Shown: piece after piece, positions 28,027 through 35,546 of the stretch
Layout: each line of letters opens with the position of its first letter
Numbering within the stretch: the stretch's first letter is position 1
Virus record (IMG/VR): IMGVR_UViG_3300017721_000936
Location: 1-49,734 of that record
Direction: 5' to 3' (one strand)
Length of the DNA stretch: 49,734 nt
Source of the DNA: a virus
Lineage: Duplodnaviria > Caudoviricetes
Notes under the pieces: generated by a model
The model's database searches: none
Seen by the model: the letters and a program-made list of their open reading frames with translations, nothing else
Told to the model about the DNA's origin: nothing
Program-made: the position numbers and the translations under genes

Positions 28027-28639
28027 TGCAGTTGACCTGTTGTTGTTCACCAAGAACACACGTTTGATGAACGACGACGATGCATACAAAAAGATTGAGG
28101 ATTGGCCATGGGACAAGAAGCAGGATGAGTTGGATTATATGCTCAACACAATCCGATCCTCTTGGGAATTCATTGACTACACATTCAACATCAGAGATGT
28201 CAGTCGTGGATTTACCCATCAGTTTGTTCGGACTCGCCAAGCATCATATGCCCAACAGTCTCAGCGCACAGTTGATATGTCAGGCTTTGAATATTATACG
28301 CCACCACGTGTTGAAGAAAATCCAGAGGCATGGGTTCTCTACAATCAATGCATGGCAGCAATAAATGATTACTATCAGAAGTTGCGTGAGCACGTCCCAG
28401 CTGAGGATGCTCGCGGAATTTTGCCAACAAACATTTGCACCAACATCGTTGCCAAATTCAATTTGAGGACTTTGAGTGAGATGGCTAAGTCGCGCTTGAG
28501 CCCACGTGCTCAGGGTGAATATCAAGAGGTGTTCAAGAAGATGGTTGAAGAAATTGTCAAGGTTCACCCATGGGCTGAACCATTTTTGACACCAACTGAG
28601 TGGGCTGCCCCATCCATGGGCAAAGCACTTAACCCATAA
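27995..28639 (+). CDS. thyX: ThyX-family flavin-dependent enzyme (motif-divergent)
   Basis: YTFNIRDVSRGFTHQFVRTRQASYAQQSQR, EDARGILP...T...NLR.L.....RLS..AQGE; RTR replaces the canonical RHR. Start placed after GAGAAAGGA. Confidence 0.85.
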   Translation: MKVELINCTSDAVDLLLFTKNTRLMNDDDAYKKIEDWPWDKKQDELDYMLNTIRSSWEFIDYTFNIRDVSRGFTHQFVRTRQASYAQQSQRTVDMSGFEYYTPPRVEENPEAWVLYNQCMAAINDYYQKLREHVPAEDARGILPTNICTNIVAKFNLRTLSEMAKSRLSPRAQGEYQEVFKKMVEEIVKVHPWAEPFLTPTEWAAPSMGKALNP

Positions 28640-28654
28640 GAGAAAGGAATCGTT

Positions 28655-28963
28655 ATGGCCAAAAAAGTTAAGTATGATGATGAGACAATCATGAAAGTTA
28701 TGGAGGACTATTTGTTCTCAGAAATGACAGTTACGGAAATTGGTAAGAAGCATAAAATTACCAAGAACCAAGTTAGCTACATCGTTTATGTTCGCTCAAA
28801 AGAGCGAGGCATTGGACCAGAAGCAGTCAAAGGTTATGCTGAGGTTGTTCAATATAATGACAGTTATGAGAAAGCTGCACGCAGAGTTGACAACATCGTG
28901 CGAGAGACAGATGGCATCTTGGCTCGCATAAAAAGACTTTTAAAACGCTTGGGCTTGGCGTAA
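28655..28963 (+). CDS. Helix-turn-helix protein
   Basis: MTVTEIGKKHKITKNQVSYIV fits an HTH pattern; GAGAAAGGA RBS. Confidence 0.6.
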   Translation: MAKKVKYDDETIMKVMEDYLFSEMTVTEIGKKHKITKNQVSYIVYVRSKERGIGPEAVKGYAEVVQYNDSYEKAARRVDNIVRETDGILARIKRLLKRLGLA

Positions 28964-28993
28964 AATAATCCCTCTGAGAAAGGAACAAAACAG

Positions 28994-29503
28994 ATGAACA
29001 TATTTTACTTAGATGAAGATCCTGTCATCGCCGCACAGTCTCATTGCGATGTGCATACATACAAGATGATTTCAGAGTCTGTGCTTATGCTTTGCAATGC
29101 GCACAGATTTTTGGATGGCAATGATTATGCTGATGAGGTTGGCATGTTCCCGATGGGCTATCAGCACCACCCTTGCTCCCAATGGGTAAGACAATCAGCT
29201 GCAAATTACGATTGGCTGTTGTTAATGGTAACCCAGCTGGCGCAAGAATATTACAAACGCTACGGCTCCAAAAAGAAAGAGCCAGTAAATCACAACCACG
29301 CGGCACTTATTCCTGCCCTTAATAAGTTTCCGGAAAATATCCCATATGTTGAATTCACAGACCCTCATCTTGGGATGCCTGAGGAATATAAGTGCGAAGA
29401 TGCCGTCCAATCATATCGGAACTACTATGTTGGCGAAAAGATTGGTCGCATTCAAAATGGAACATACAAATTTACGGAGTCACCAGCATGGGCAAGCGCA
29501 TAA
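28994..29503 (+). CDS. Pyrimidine-dimer DNA glycosylase/endonuclease V-like family protein
   Basis: MNIFYLDEDP..AAQ.HCD.H..KM..ES..ML, HHPCSQWVR.S..NY.WL, MPEEYK.EDAVQSYRNYY. Confidence 0.7.
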   Translation: MNIFYLDEDPVIAAQSHCDVHTYKMISESVLMLCNAHRFLDGNDYADEVGMFPMGYQHHPCSQWVRQSAANYDWLLLMVTQLAQEYYKRYGSKKKEPVNHNHAALIPALNKFPENIPYVEFTDPHLGMPEEYKCEDAVQSYRNYYVGEKIGRIQNGTYKFTESPAWASA

Positions 29504-29922
29504 TCATTTCAGATCTCGACGGAACACTTTCAGACTATGGTCATCGTGTCAAGCACTGGAAATCTGGCGACTATGAAACTTTTAATTCTCTAGGAATGCA
29601 AGACACACCAATTCAAAATGTGTGCAATATATTGCGTGGGCTAAGAGATGATGAGACTGAAATAGTTATCATGACCGCCCGAGATGACAGTTACTACAAC
29701 GACACAGCCAAGTGGCTGGTTTTGAATGAGGTTCCATTTGATAAACTAATCATGCGCCCCAAGGGTGACAAATCATCAGACGACGACTGCAAGCGCAAAC
29801 TTCTCGAGAAGCACATTGACTATCAAGAAGTTTGGTTTGTCCTTGAGGACAGGGACTCAGTCGTTAACATGTGGCGAGGAGAAGGCTTGACTTGCCTTCA
29901 AGTCGCTTCAGGAGGCTACTAA
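29488..29922 (+). CDS. HAD-family phosphatase (PNKP 3'-phosphatase-like)
   Basis: IISDLDGTL (DxD), IMTAR, LIMRP.GD...D...K, VLEDRDSVVNMWR; likely ATG at 29488. Confidence 0.85.
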   Translation: MGKRIIISDLDGTLSDYGHRVKHWKSGDYETFNSLGMQDTPIQNVCNILRGLRDDETEIVIMTARDDSYYNDTAKWLVLNEVPFDKLIMRPKGDKSSDDDCKRKLLEKHIDYQEVWFVLEDRDSVVNMWRGEGLTCLQVASGGY

Positions 29923-30179
29923 TGGGAATCAAGATAAACATTATTGGCAATGATTTAGAGATTGAAGGGGAAAAGGTTGCACGCATTTTTGATGTGCGAC
30001 CAACTCTCAGAGATAAGCTGATTGAGATTGTTGACTTCTTCGAAGACTATGGCAATGATAAGATAGTTGACAAGATGGAAGAGCATTGGCAAAAAGGCTA
30101 TGACGAAGGCAAGCAACATGGGCTTGAACAAGGAAGGCAAGAAGGTTATGAGGAAAAAGAATCAGAAGAAGCCGATTGA
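29922..30179 (+). CDS. Hypothetical protein
   Basis: MGIKINIIG...GYDEGKQHGLEQGRQEGYEE; TAATG coupling. Confidence 0.55.
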   Translation: MGIKINIIGNDLEIEGEKVARIFDVRPTLRDKLIEIVDFFEDYGNDKIVDKMEEHWQKGYDEGKQHGLEQGRQEGYEEKESEEAD

Positions 30180-30453
30180 TTGTATTGAGGATGCACTTGA
30201 GACATTCAAAGAGCGCAACAAAACATATGGCGATAATTATCTTCAGCACGGCAAAGTAATGATGGCTCTGTTCCCGAATGGTGTTGAATTGAAAACGATT
30301 GAACAGCACAACAGATTTGGAGTCGTCAATATGATTGTAGCCAAGCTGACTCGCTACGCTCAAAACTGGCCAGCAGGACACTTGGACTCCGTGCACGACT
30401 TGGGGGTGTATGCTTTCATCCTTGAGTCACTTGATTCAGGAAAATCCCAATGA
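30148..30453 (+). CDS. All-alpha putative nucleotide pyrophosphohydrolase (DUF6378/Nmad1-like)
   Basis: ETFKERNKTYGD...M...KLTRY....HLDSVHDLGVYA matches the R...YG / K..R / DS..D..GY pattern. Confidence 0.6.
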   Translation: MRKKNQKKPIDCIEDALETFKERNKTYGDNYLQHGKVMMALFPNGVELKTIEQHNRFGVVNMIVAKLTRYAQNWPAGHLDSVHDLGVYAFILESLDSGKSQ

Positions 30454-30983
30454 TTGTGTTTGATCTAGAGACCACAGGTTTGCCCAAAGCGGAAGGCTCT
30501 GACCTTGACATGCAGCCAAAGGTTATTGAATTTGGTGGCATCAAGATTGATGAAGATTTCAACGAGATTGACCGCATGGAGTTTTTGTGCAATCCTGGAC
30601 AAGACCTTGACCCAGTCATCACAAAAATCACTGGCATCAGTGATGACATGTTGGTTGGGAAAAAGCCATTCATAGCACACTACAAAGATTTGTGCGATTG
30701 GTTTCTTGGAGAAAGCACGATGTGTGCACACAACTTGAGTTTTGACCGCAAAGTGTTAAGGTTTGAGTTAGAGCGCATTGATAAGATGACTTCATTCCCT
30801 TGGCCATACAAGCATGTATGCACTGTTGAGGTCGGGGAGAATGTTTGGGGTGTAAAGCGCAAGTTGTCTGAGATTTATGAAGAAGTCACAGGGCAGAAGC
30901 ACATCGGTGCTCATCGCGCAACAGCAGACATTGAGGCAACGATTGAAGTTTTGAAGTGGTACAACAAAGAAGGTCACTTATGA
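30450..30983 (+). CDS. dnaQ: DEDDh 3'-5' exonuclease (DNA pol III epsilon-like)
   Basis: VFDLETTG, ITGI, AHNLSFD, AHRATAD. Confidence 0.9.
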   Translation: MIVFDLETTGLPKAEGSDLDMQPKVIEFGGIKIDEDFNEIDRMEFLCNPGQDLDPVITKITGISDDMLVGKKPFIAHYKDLCDWFLGESTMCAHNLSFDRKVLRFELERIDKMTSFPWPYKHVCTVEVGENVWGVKRKLSEIYEEVTGQKHIGAHRATADIEATIEVLKWYNKEGHL

Positions 30984-31108
30984 AAGACATAGCACATGAG
31001 CGTCGTATGCGCAGAAAAGCGATACAAATGCAAAATGAAAGTCGGAATAGATTGTCAATGAAACAGGCATTGAGAGAGGTGAAAAGAAAATGGCAACAGC
31101 AGCAGTAG
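30980..31108 (+). CDS. Small basic protein (not in ORF track)
   Basis: MKDIAHERRMRRKAIQMQNESRNRLSMKQALREVKRKWQQQQ; ATGA overlap with dnaQ. Confidence 0.5.
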   Translation: MKDIAHERRMRRKAIQMQNESRNRLSMKQALREVKRKWQQQQ

Positions 31109-31155
31109 CAGGTGCACTGGGCTGGCTCATATGGTGGGTCATCAGCAATGCTTAA
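31090..31155 (+). CDS. 21-aa hydrophobic micro-ORF (not in ORF track)
   Basis: MATAAVAGALGWLIWWVISNA; GAGGTG RBS; the stop lies just after the dnaE ATG (8-nt overlap). Confidence 0.45.
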   Translation: MATAAVAGALGWLIWWVISNA

Positions 31156-33958
31156 TTTGAAAGTTCGCACGGAATATTCTTTCCGCAAAGCCTATGGACC
31201 ACTTGACAAAGTTTTGAGCAATGCTCAAGGCGATGCAGTTGGGATATGCGACACTGGAACTTGGGGGCATGTAAACTTCAACAAGGCATGCAAAGATGCA
31301 GGCAAGAAGCCTATCTTTGGCGTTGAGATTGGAGTTGTCAATGACCCAACAGAGCGCACAAGGCAATCCGAATCAATGATGTCGTTCATTGCTCGCAGCA
31401 ATAATGGCATGCGAGAGATATACGAACTGGTTACACGTTCAACCAGCAAACAAAACTTTTATTACATTCCTCGGCTCGGGTATTCAGATCTTTTCGACAT
31501 ATCTGACGATGTGATAATTTTCTCAGGAACAAACCCAAAATGGGGCATGCTCCCAGTTGCCAAGAAAGATTCTCTGTTCATTGAATTCAACCCGATGAGT
31601 TCCCGCAAGGCTCTTGAATTTTGCGAGGAAAAAGGCTTCAAGCCAGTTGCAACCAGTGACAACTTTTACCCATCTGTGCGCGACCGCAAGGCTTACGAGG
31701 TGTTGGTTGGTAGAGGCAGGACAGACCGCACCGCACCAATGCACATCCTAAACGAATGGGAGTTTATGGATGCTGTGCCTTGGGCAACAGAGGAATCAAT
31801 CAAGAACACCCATCTCATCGCAGAGATGTGCGAAGTTGATTTGCCAAAAGCCAAGAATGTTTCATTCAACTCCCCGCAAAGTTTGCTTGAAATGTGCAAG
31901 GCTGGTGCATTGGCCAGAAACATCGACTTGTCTGATGAAGTGTATGCAGCACGCCTCAAGCGCGAACTTGATATGATTGCACAAAAAGAATTTGAGGATT
32001 ATTTCTTTGTGATTGCGGACATGATTAGTTTCGCAAAAGAGCGCATGCTTGTTGGACCAGCACGCGGCTCATCGGCTGGCTCATTGGTTTGCTATTTGAT
32101 TGGCATAACCGATGTTGACCCAATTGTTCATGATTTGCTGTTTGAGAGATTCATTGACATAACTCGTGAAGATCTGCCTGACATTGACATTGATTTCCAG
32201 GACGATCGCAGGGAAATGGTTTTTGATTACCTCAGGCAAAAGTATGGCTCGGAAAAAGTTGCACATCTCGGAACAGTTTCTCGCTATAAAGCCAAATCAA
32301 CAATCGGCGAAGTTGCCAAAGAACTAGGCATCCCACCATGGGAAGTCAACGACCTCAAAGGTGCAATCATTGAACGTAGCACTGGTGACTCTTGTGCAGC
32401 ATTTTGCATACTTGACACATTCAATGAATTGGATGTTGGGCGACAGGTGCTTGAGAAATATCCACAGATGAAAATCGCAGCTGAGATGGAAAACCATGCA
32501 CGCCACAATGGGGTGCACGCTGCAGGCATCATCGTTACAGAGAAGCCTGTTCACCTTTACTGTTCAGTCAACCATCAATCAGGTGCAGCCCAGATTGATA
32601 AAATCGATGCGGAAGAGTTGAACCTGCTGAAGATTGATGCATTGGGTTTGCGGACTCTGTCTGTCCTTCAAGATGTGCTTGACCAAGTCGGTTGGAGTCG
32701 CGACCAGCTTTTGTATTATCCTCTTGAGGATGAGAAGGCATTTGATATTTTAAACAAAGAGCGATATGCTGGCATCTTTCAGTTTGAAGGATATGCACTT
32801 CAGTCAGTGACACGCCAAATGAAAGTGCACAAGTTCGAAGACATCGCTGCTATCACTGCTTTGGCTCGTCCTGGACCACTCAACTCTGGAGGCACAACCG
32901 AATATATCAAACGTCACACAGGAGCAGCACCTGTTGAATATCTTCACCCAATGACGAAAAAAATTACAGAGGTGACAAATGGCGTTGTTGTTTATCAAGA
33001 ACAAGTTATGACGATCGCCAGAGATGTCGGCAAGCTGTCTTGGGAAGATGTGTCAACACTCCGCAAGGCAATGTCAAAATCATATGGCCAAGAATATTTC
33101 GACACCTTTTGGGAGAGGTTTAAAGTTGGTGCAGCTGAGAATGACATTCCGGAAGACCAAGCACAAAGGATCTGGGACAACATCAACACAATGGGCTCAT
33201 GGGCATTCAATCGCTCTCATGCAATCGCATATGGGCTGGTCAGCTATTGGTGCTGTGTATTGAAGAGCAAGTTTCCTCTGGAGTTTGCAGCAGCATGCTT
33301 GCGCAATGTCAAGGACGATGAACAAGCAGTCCGTCTGCTCAGAGAGATTGTTCGGGAAGGTCACGAATATTCCCCTTACAACAAATTCAAATCAGACATC
33401 AACTGGTCGGTGCAAGATGGCAAGCTGATTGGCGGACTCATGGGCATCAAAGGCATTGGACCAAAAATGGCAGAGGACATTGTCATGCGCAGAGGATTGA
33501 AGCAGCCTTTGACACCTCGACAAGAAAATCTTCTCTCCACAGGCACAACACCATATGATGACATATTTGAATGTGAGCGCAGATTTGGTCACATGAAGAA
33601 AGACCCAGAGAAATATAAGATAGCCTCCAAGATTATTGACATCCAAGACCTTGATGCGGACGATCCTGGAACATTTGTTTTCTTCGGCAAATTGAAAGAG
33701 AAAAATTTACGAGACATGAATGAGACTGTCAACCTCGCCAAGCGTGGTGGTCGGAGAGTTGACCGCAACAACCTCTGGCTAAACATCACTGTTGAGGATG
33801 ACACTGGTCCAATCATCTGCACCATTGGTAGATTTGATTACGGCAAGATGGGCAAGCAGATCGTTGAGGATGGTAGATTGGGAGATTGGTATTTGATAAA
33901 AGGCAATATCAAGCGTGGTTTCCGTAAGATTTATGTAGAAAAATGGCGTAAATTATAA
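31148..33958 (+). CDS. dnaE: DNA polymerase III alpha subunit (family C)
   Basis: GPARGSSAGSLVCY..GITDVDP, LLFERF, PDIDIDF, GVHAAG, LLKIDALGL, ALARPGP, VYQEQVM, LRKAMSK, FNRSHA, HhH GIKGIG, C-terminal OB fold; likely start MLNLKVRTEYSF. Confidence 0.97.
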   Translation: MLNLKVRTEYSFRKAYGPLDKVLSNAQGDAVGICDTGTWGHVNFNKACKDAGKKPIFGVEIGVVNDPTERTRQSESMMSFIARSNNGMREIYELVTRSTSKQNFYYIPRLGYSDLFDISDDVIIFSGTNPKWGMLPVAKKDSLFIEFNPMSSRKALEFCEEKGFKPVATSDNFYPSVRDRKAYEVLVGRGRTDRTAPMHILNEWEFMDAVPWATEESIKNTHLIAEMCEVDLPKAKNVSFNSPQSLLEMCKAGALARNIDLSDEVYAARLKRELDMIAQKEFEDYFFVIADMISFAKERMLVGPARGSSAGSLVCYLIGITDVDPIVHDLLFERFIDITREDLPDIDIDFQDDRREMVFDYLRQKYGSEKVAHLGTVSRYKAKSTIGEVAKELGIPPWEVNDLKGAIIERSTGDSCAAFCILDTFNELDVGRQVLEKYPQMKIAAEMENHARHNGVHAAGIIVTEKPVHLYCSVNHQSGAAQIDKIDAEELNLLKIDALGLRTLSVLQDVLDQVGWSRDQLLYYPLEDEKAFDILNKERYAGIFQFEGYALQSVTRQMKVHKFEDIAAITALARPGPLNSGGTTEYIKRHTGAAPVEYLHPMTKKITEVTNGVVVYQEQVMTIARDVGKLSWEDVSTLRKAMSKSYGQEYFDTFWERFKVGAAENDIPEDQAQRIWDNINTMGSWAFNRSHAIAYGLVSYWCCVLKSKFPLEFAAACLRNVKDDEQAVRLLREIVREGHEYSPYNKFKSDINWSVQDGKLIGGLMGIKGIGPKMAEDIVMRRGLKQPLTPRQENLLSTGTTPYDDIFECERRFGHMKKDPEKYKIASKIIDIQDLDADDPGTFVFFGKLKEKNLRDMNETVNLAKRGGRRVDRNNLWLNITVEDDTGPIICTIGRFDYGKMGKQIVEDGRLGDWYLIKGNIKRGFRKIYVEKWRKL

Positions 33959-33965
33959 TAAGCCT

Positions 33966-34081
33966 TTGATATCATTGAGAAAGAAAATTGCTTTATTCAA
34001 AAATAATTGTTGCTTTCTCTGGGCAAATAAGAGATAATAATTATGTTGGGAGGAAGTTCTCCTAACACCACTGAGAAAGGA
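33966..34081 (+). promoter_or_regulatory. Promoter-hairpin-RBS cassette, copy 3, with upstream 23-bp box
   Basis: Same 23-mer at 33966-33988; TTGCTT-N17-GATAAT (34010-34038); hairpin tgttgggag/ctcctaaca; TGAGAAAGGA. Confidence 0.8.
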
Positions 34082-34088
34082 ATTTATT

Positions 34089-34613
34089 GTGAAAAAAGAT
34101 TTATTGAAATTATTAAACAACAGTGACGACAGTGCTTTGCGTGGCGACCAAGTTATAGACAGCGCATTCTTTGACTGTGAGAAACCAAAAGGCACTAGCC
34201 AAAAAAGGTTCGAGCAAAAGCTGGACACTTTTTCGGCAGAGTTTGGCAGAGACCTGTTTGACTTCAAAGCTCATGAAACTGGTGCGTTTGTTTTCATAAA
34301 GTTGTCTTTGCTTAACAAATTAGACATAACTTTAGAAGATGTTGGCTTTGAGCAATTTGAATTTGACTTGGCACAATTTCAGCTTGATAATGAAAATGAA
34401 AGCGAGCGTAAAAAGGCAGAGGAAGAACAAGCCAGACTTGATGCCTTGCGCCCTAATGCAATAGCAACTCAACAGCTTTTGCGTGGTGTTCACGGCGAGT
34501 TTGCTGAACATCTTACTCGTGCATTTTTAAGTGCTGACGAGGAGAACCAAGTCAAATTGCTCAATGAATTCTCCCGCGTTTTCAGAAAAGCAAACAAATT
34601 TGAAGCAGCTTAG
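34089..34613 (+). CDS. Hypothetical protein
   Basis: 174 aa, GTG start after cassette 3. Confidence 0.65.
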   Translation: MKKDLLKLLNNSDDSALRGDQVIDSAFFDCEKPKGTSQKRFEQKLDTFSAEFGRDLFDFKAHETGAFVFIKLSLLNKLDITLEDVGFEQFEFDLAQFQLDNENESERKKAEEEQARLDALRPNAIATQQLLRGVHGEFAEHLTRAFLSADEENQVKLLNEFSRVFRKANKFEAA

Positions 34614-34633
34614 TATTGAGAAAGGAAATTATT

Positions 34634-35125
34634 ATGAATACTGAAAAACATACACCCAATCGCCGTGAAATTACTGACTGGATCGGCAACAAACGAATCA
34701 CATGGTGTGGTCCATATGCTCTCGCTGTCGTAGCTGGCTGCAGTTACGAGAGAGCATATCAAACTGTCAAGCGCATTCGTCGCAAGCGTCATTGCAAAGG
34801 CATCACAGTCCCAAATTTCGTTAAGGGCTGCAAGGCTCTTGGCGTCAAGACCGAATATAAAAAGTTGGAGCGCAAGACCAAGCTGTCAAAGTTTTGGGAC
34901 ATGCACCTCGCACCCAACAAAGTCTATGCTGTGCACATCACAAAGCACTTCTTGATAATTGATACTCGGGACATGCTGACAATCGACAACCAAAACCCTG
35001 AGTGGATCCGGATGGAGTTGTCCAAGCACAAAAACAAAATGGTGCACGGATATTGCATCATTGAGAATCCTAAATTTGAACCCGAGCATGAAAACATGGA
35101 ACTGCCTCTGGCTGCCTCTTCTTGA
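34634..35125 (+). CDS. Hypothetical protein with a papain/C39-like Cys-His pattern
   Basis: TWCGPYALAVVAG...HITKHFLII....IDN; TGAGAAAGGA RBS. Confidence 0.5.
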   Translation: MNTEKHTPNRREITDWIGNKRITWCGPYALAVVAGCSYERAYQTVKRIRRKRHCKGITVPNFVKGCKALGVKTEYKKLERKTKLSKFWDMHLAPNKVYAVHITKHFLIIDTRDMLTIDNQNPEWIRMELSKHKNKMVHGYCIIENPKFEPEHENMELPLAASS

Positions 35126-35156
35126 GGCAGTCAAACAGCTCAGAAAGGATTTTGAA

Positions 35157-35546
35157 ATGTCAAACCCAACAGTAATTTTTATGGACAATGGCTTCCAACT
35201 TTCATTTTTTAACACAGATGGATCTTGGTCAGTGTCTGGTTCTGGCAAGTCTCAAATTGAGTTTGCACTCGTTGACGGAAGCGGCAACTTTGTTGATGTG
35301 AAGCGATGGGCTTCTGAGTTTGTCGGTGAAGATTATACCGACCAAGTTTTTACAACAGCCAATGGTTCAAGTTTGCTTGCCAAAGTTCTGGACGCCGCAA
35401 AGGAATATTGCGAGCAGACAGTTGAAATTCATTTTGTGGAGATTGATAAAGTGACACACATCGTTGATTTGGACAAACACGGAAGTGTCCAAGCCTACAA
35501 GAAAAGGTTTGAGGACGATGATGAGATTGATAGGTTCGGCGAATGA
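35157..35546 (+). CDS. Hypothetical protein
   Basis: ATG at 35157 after AGAAAGGA. Confidence 0.55.
   Translation: MSNPTVIFMDNGFQLSFFNTDGSWSVSGSGKSQIEFALVDGSGNFVDVKRWASEFVGEDYTDQVFTTANGSSLLAKVLDAAKEYCEQTVEIHFVEIDKVTHIVDLDKHGSVQAYKKRFEDDDEIDRFGE

Noticed and set aside
26182-33988. 23-bp direct repeats as attL/attR of an integrated element
   Set aside because: No recombinase is recognisable and the enclosed genes include the only polymerase; kept only as a regulatory or module-boundary hypothesis.
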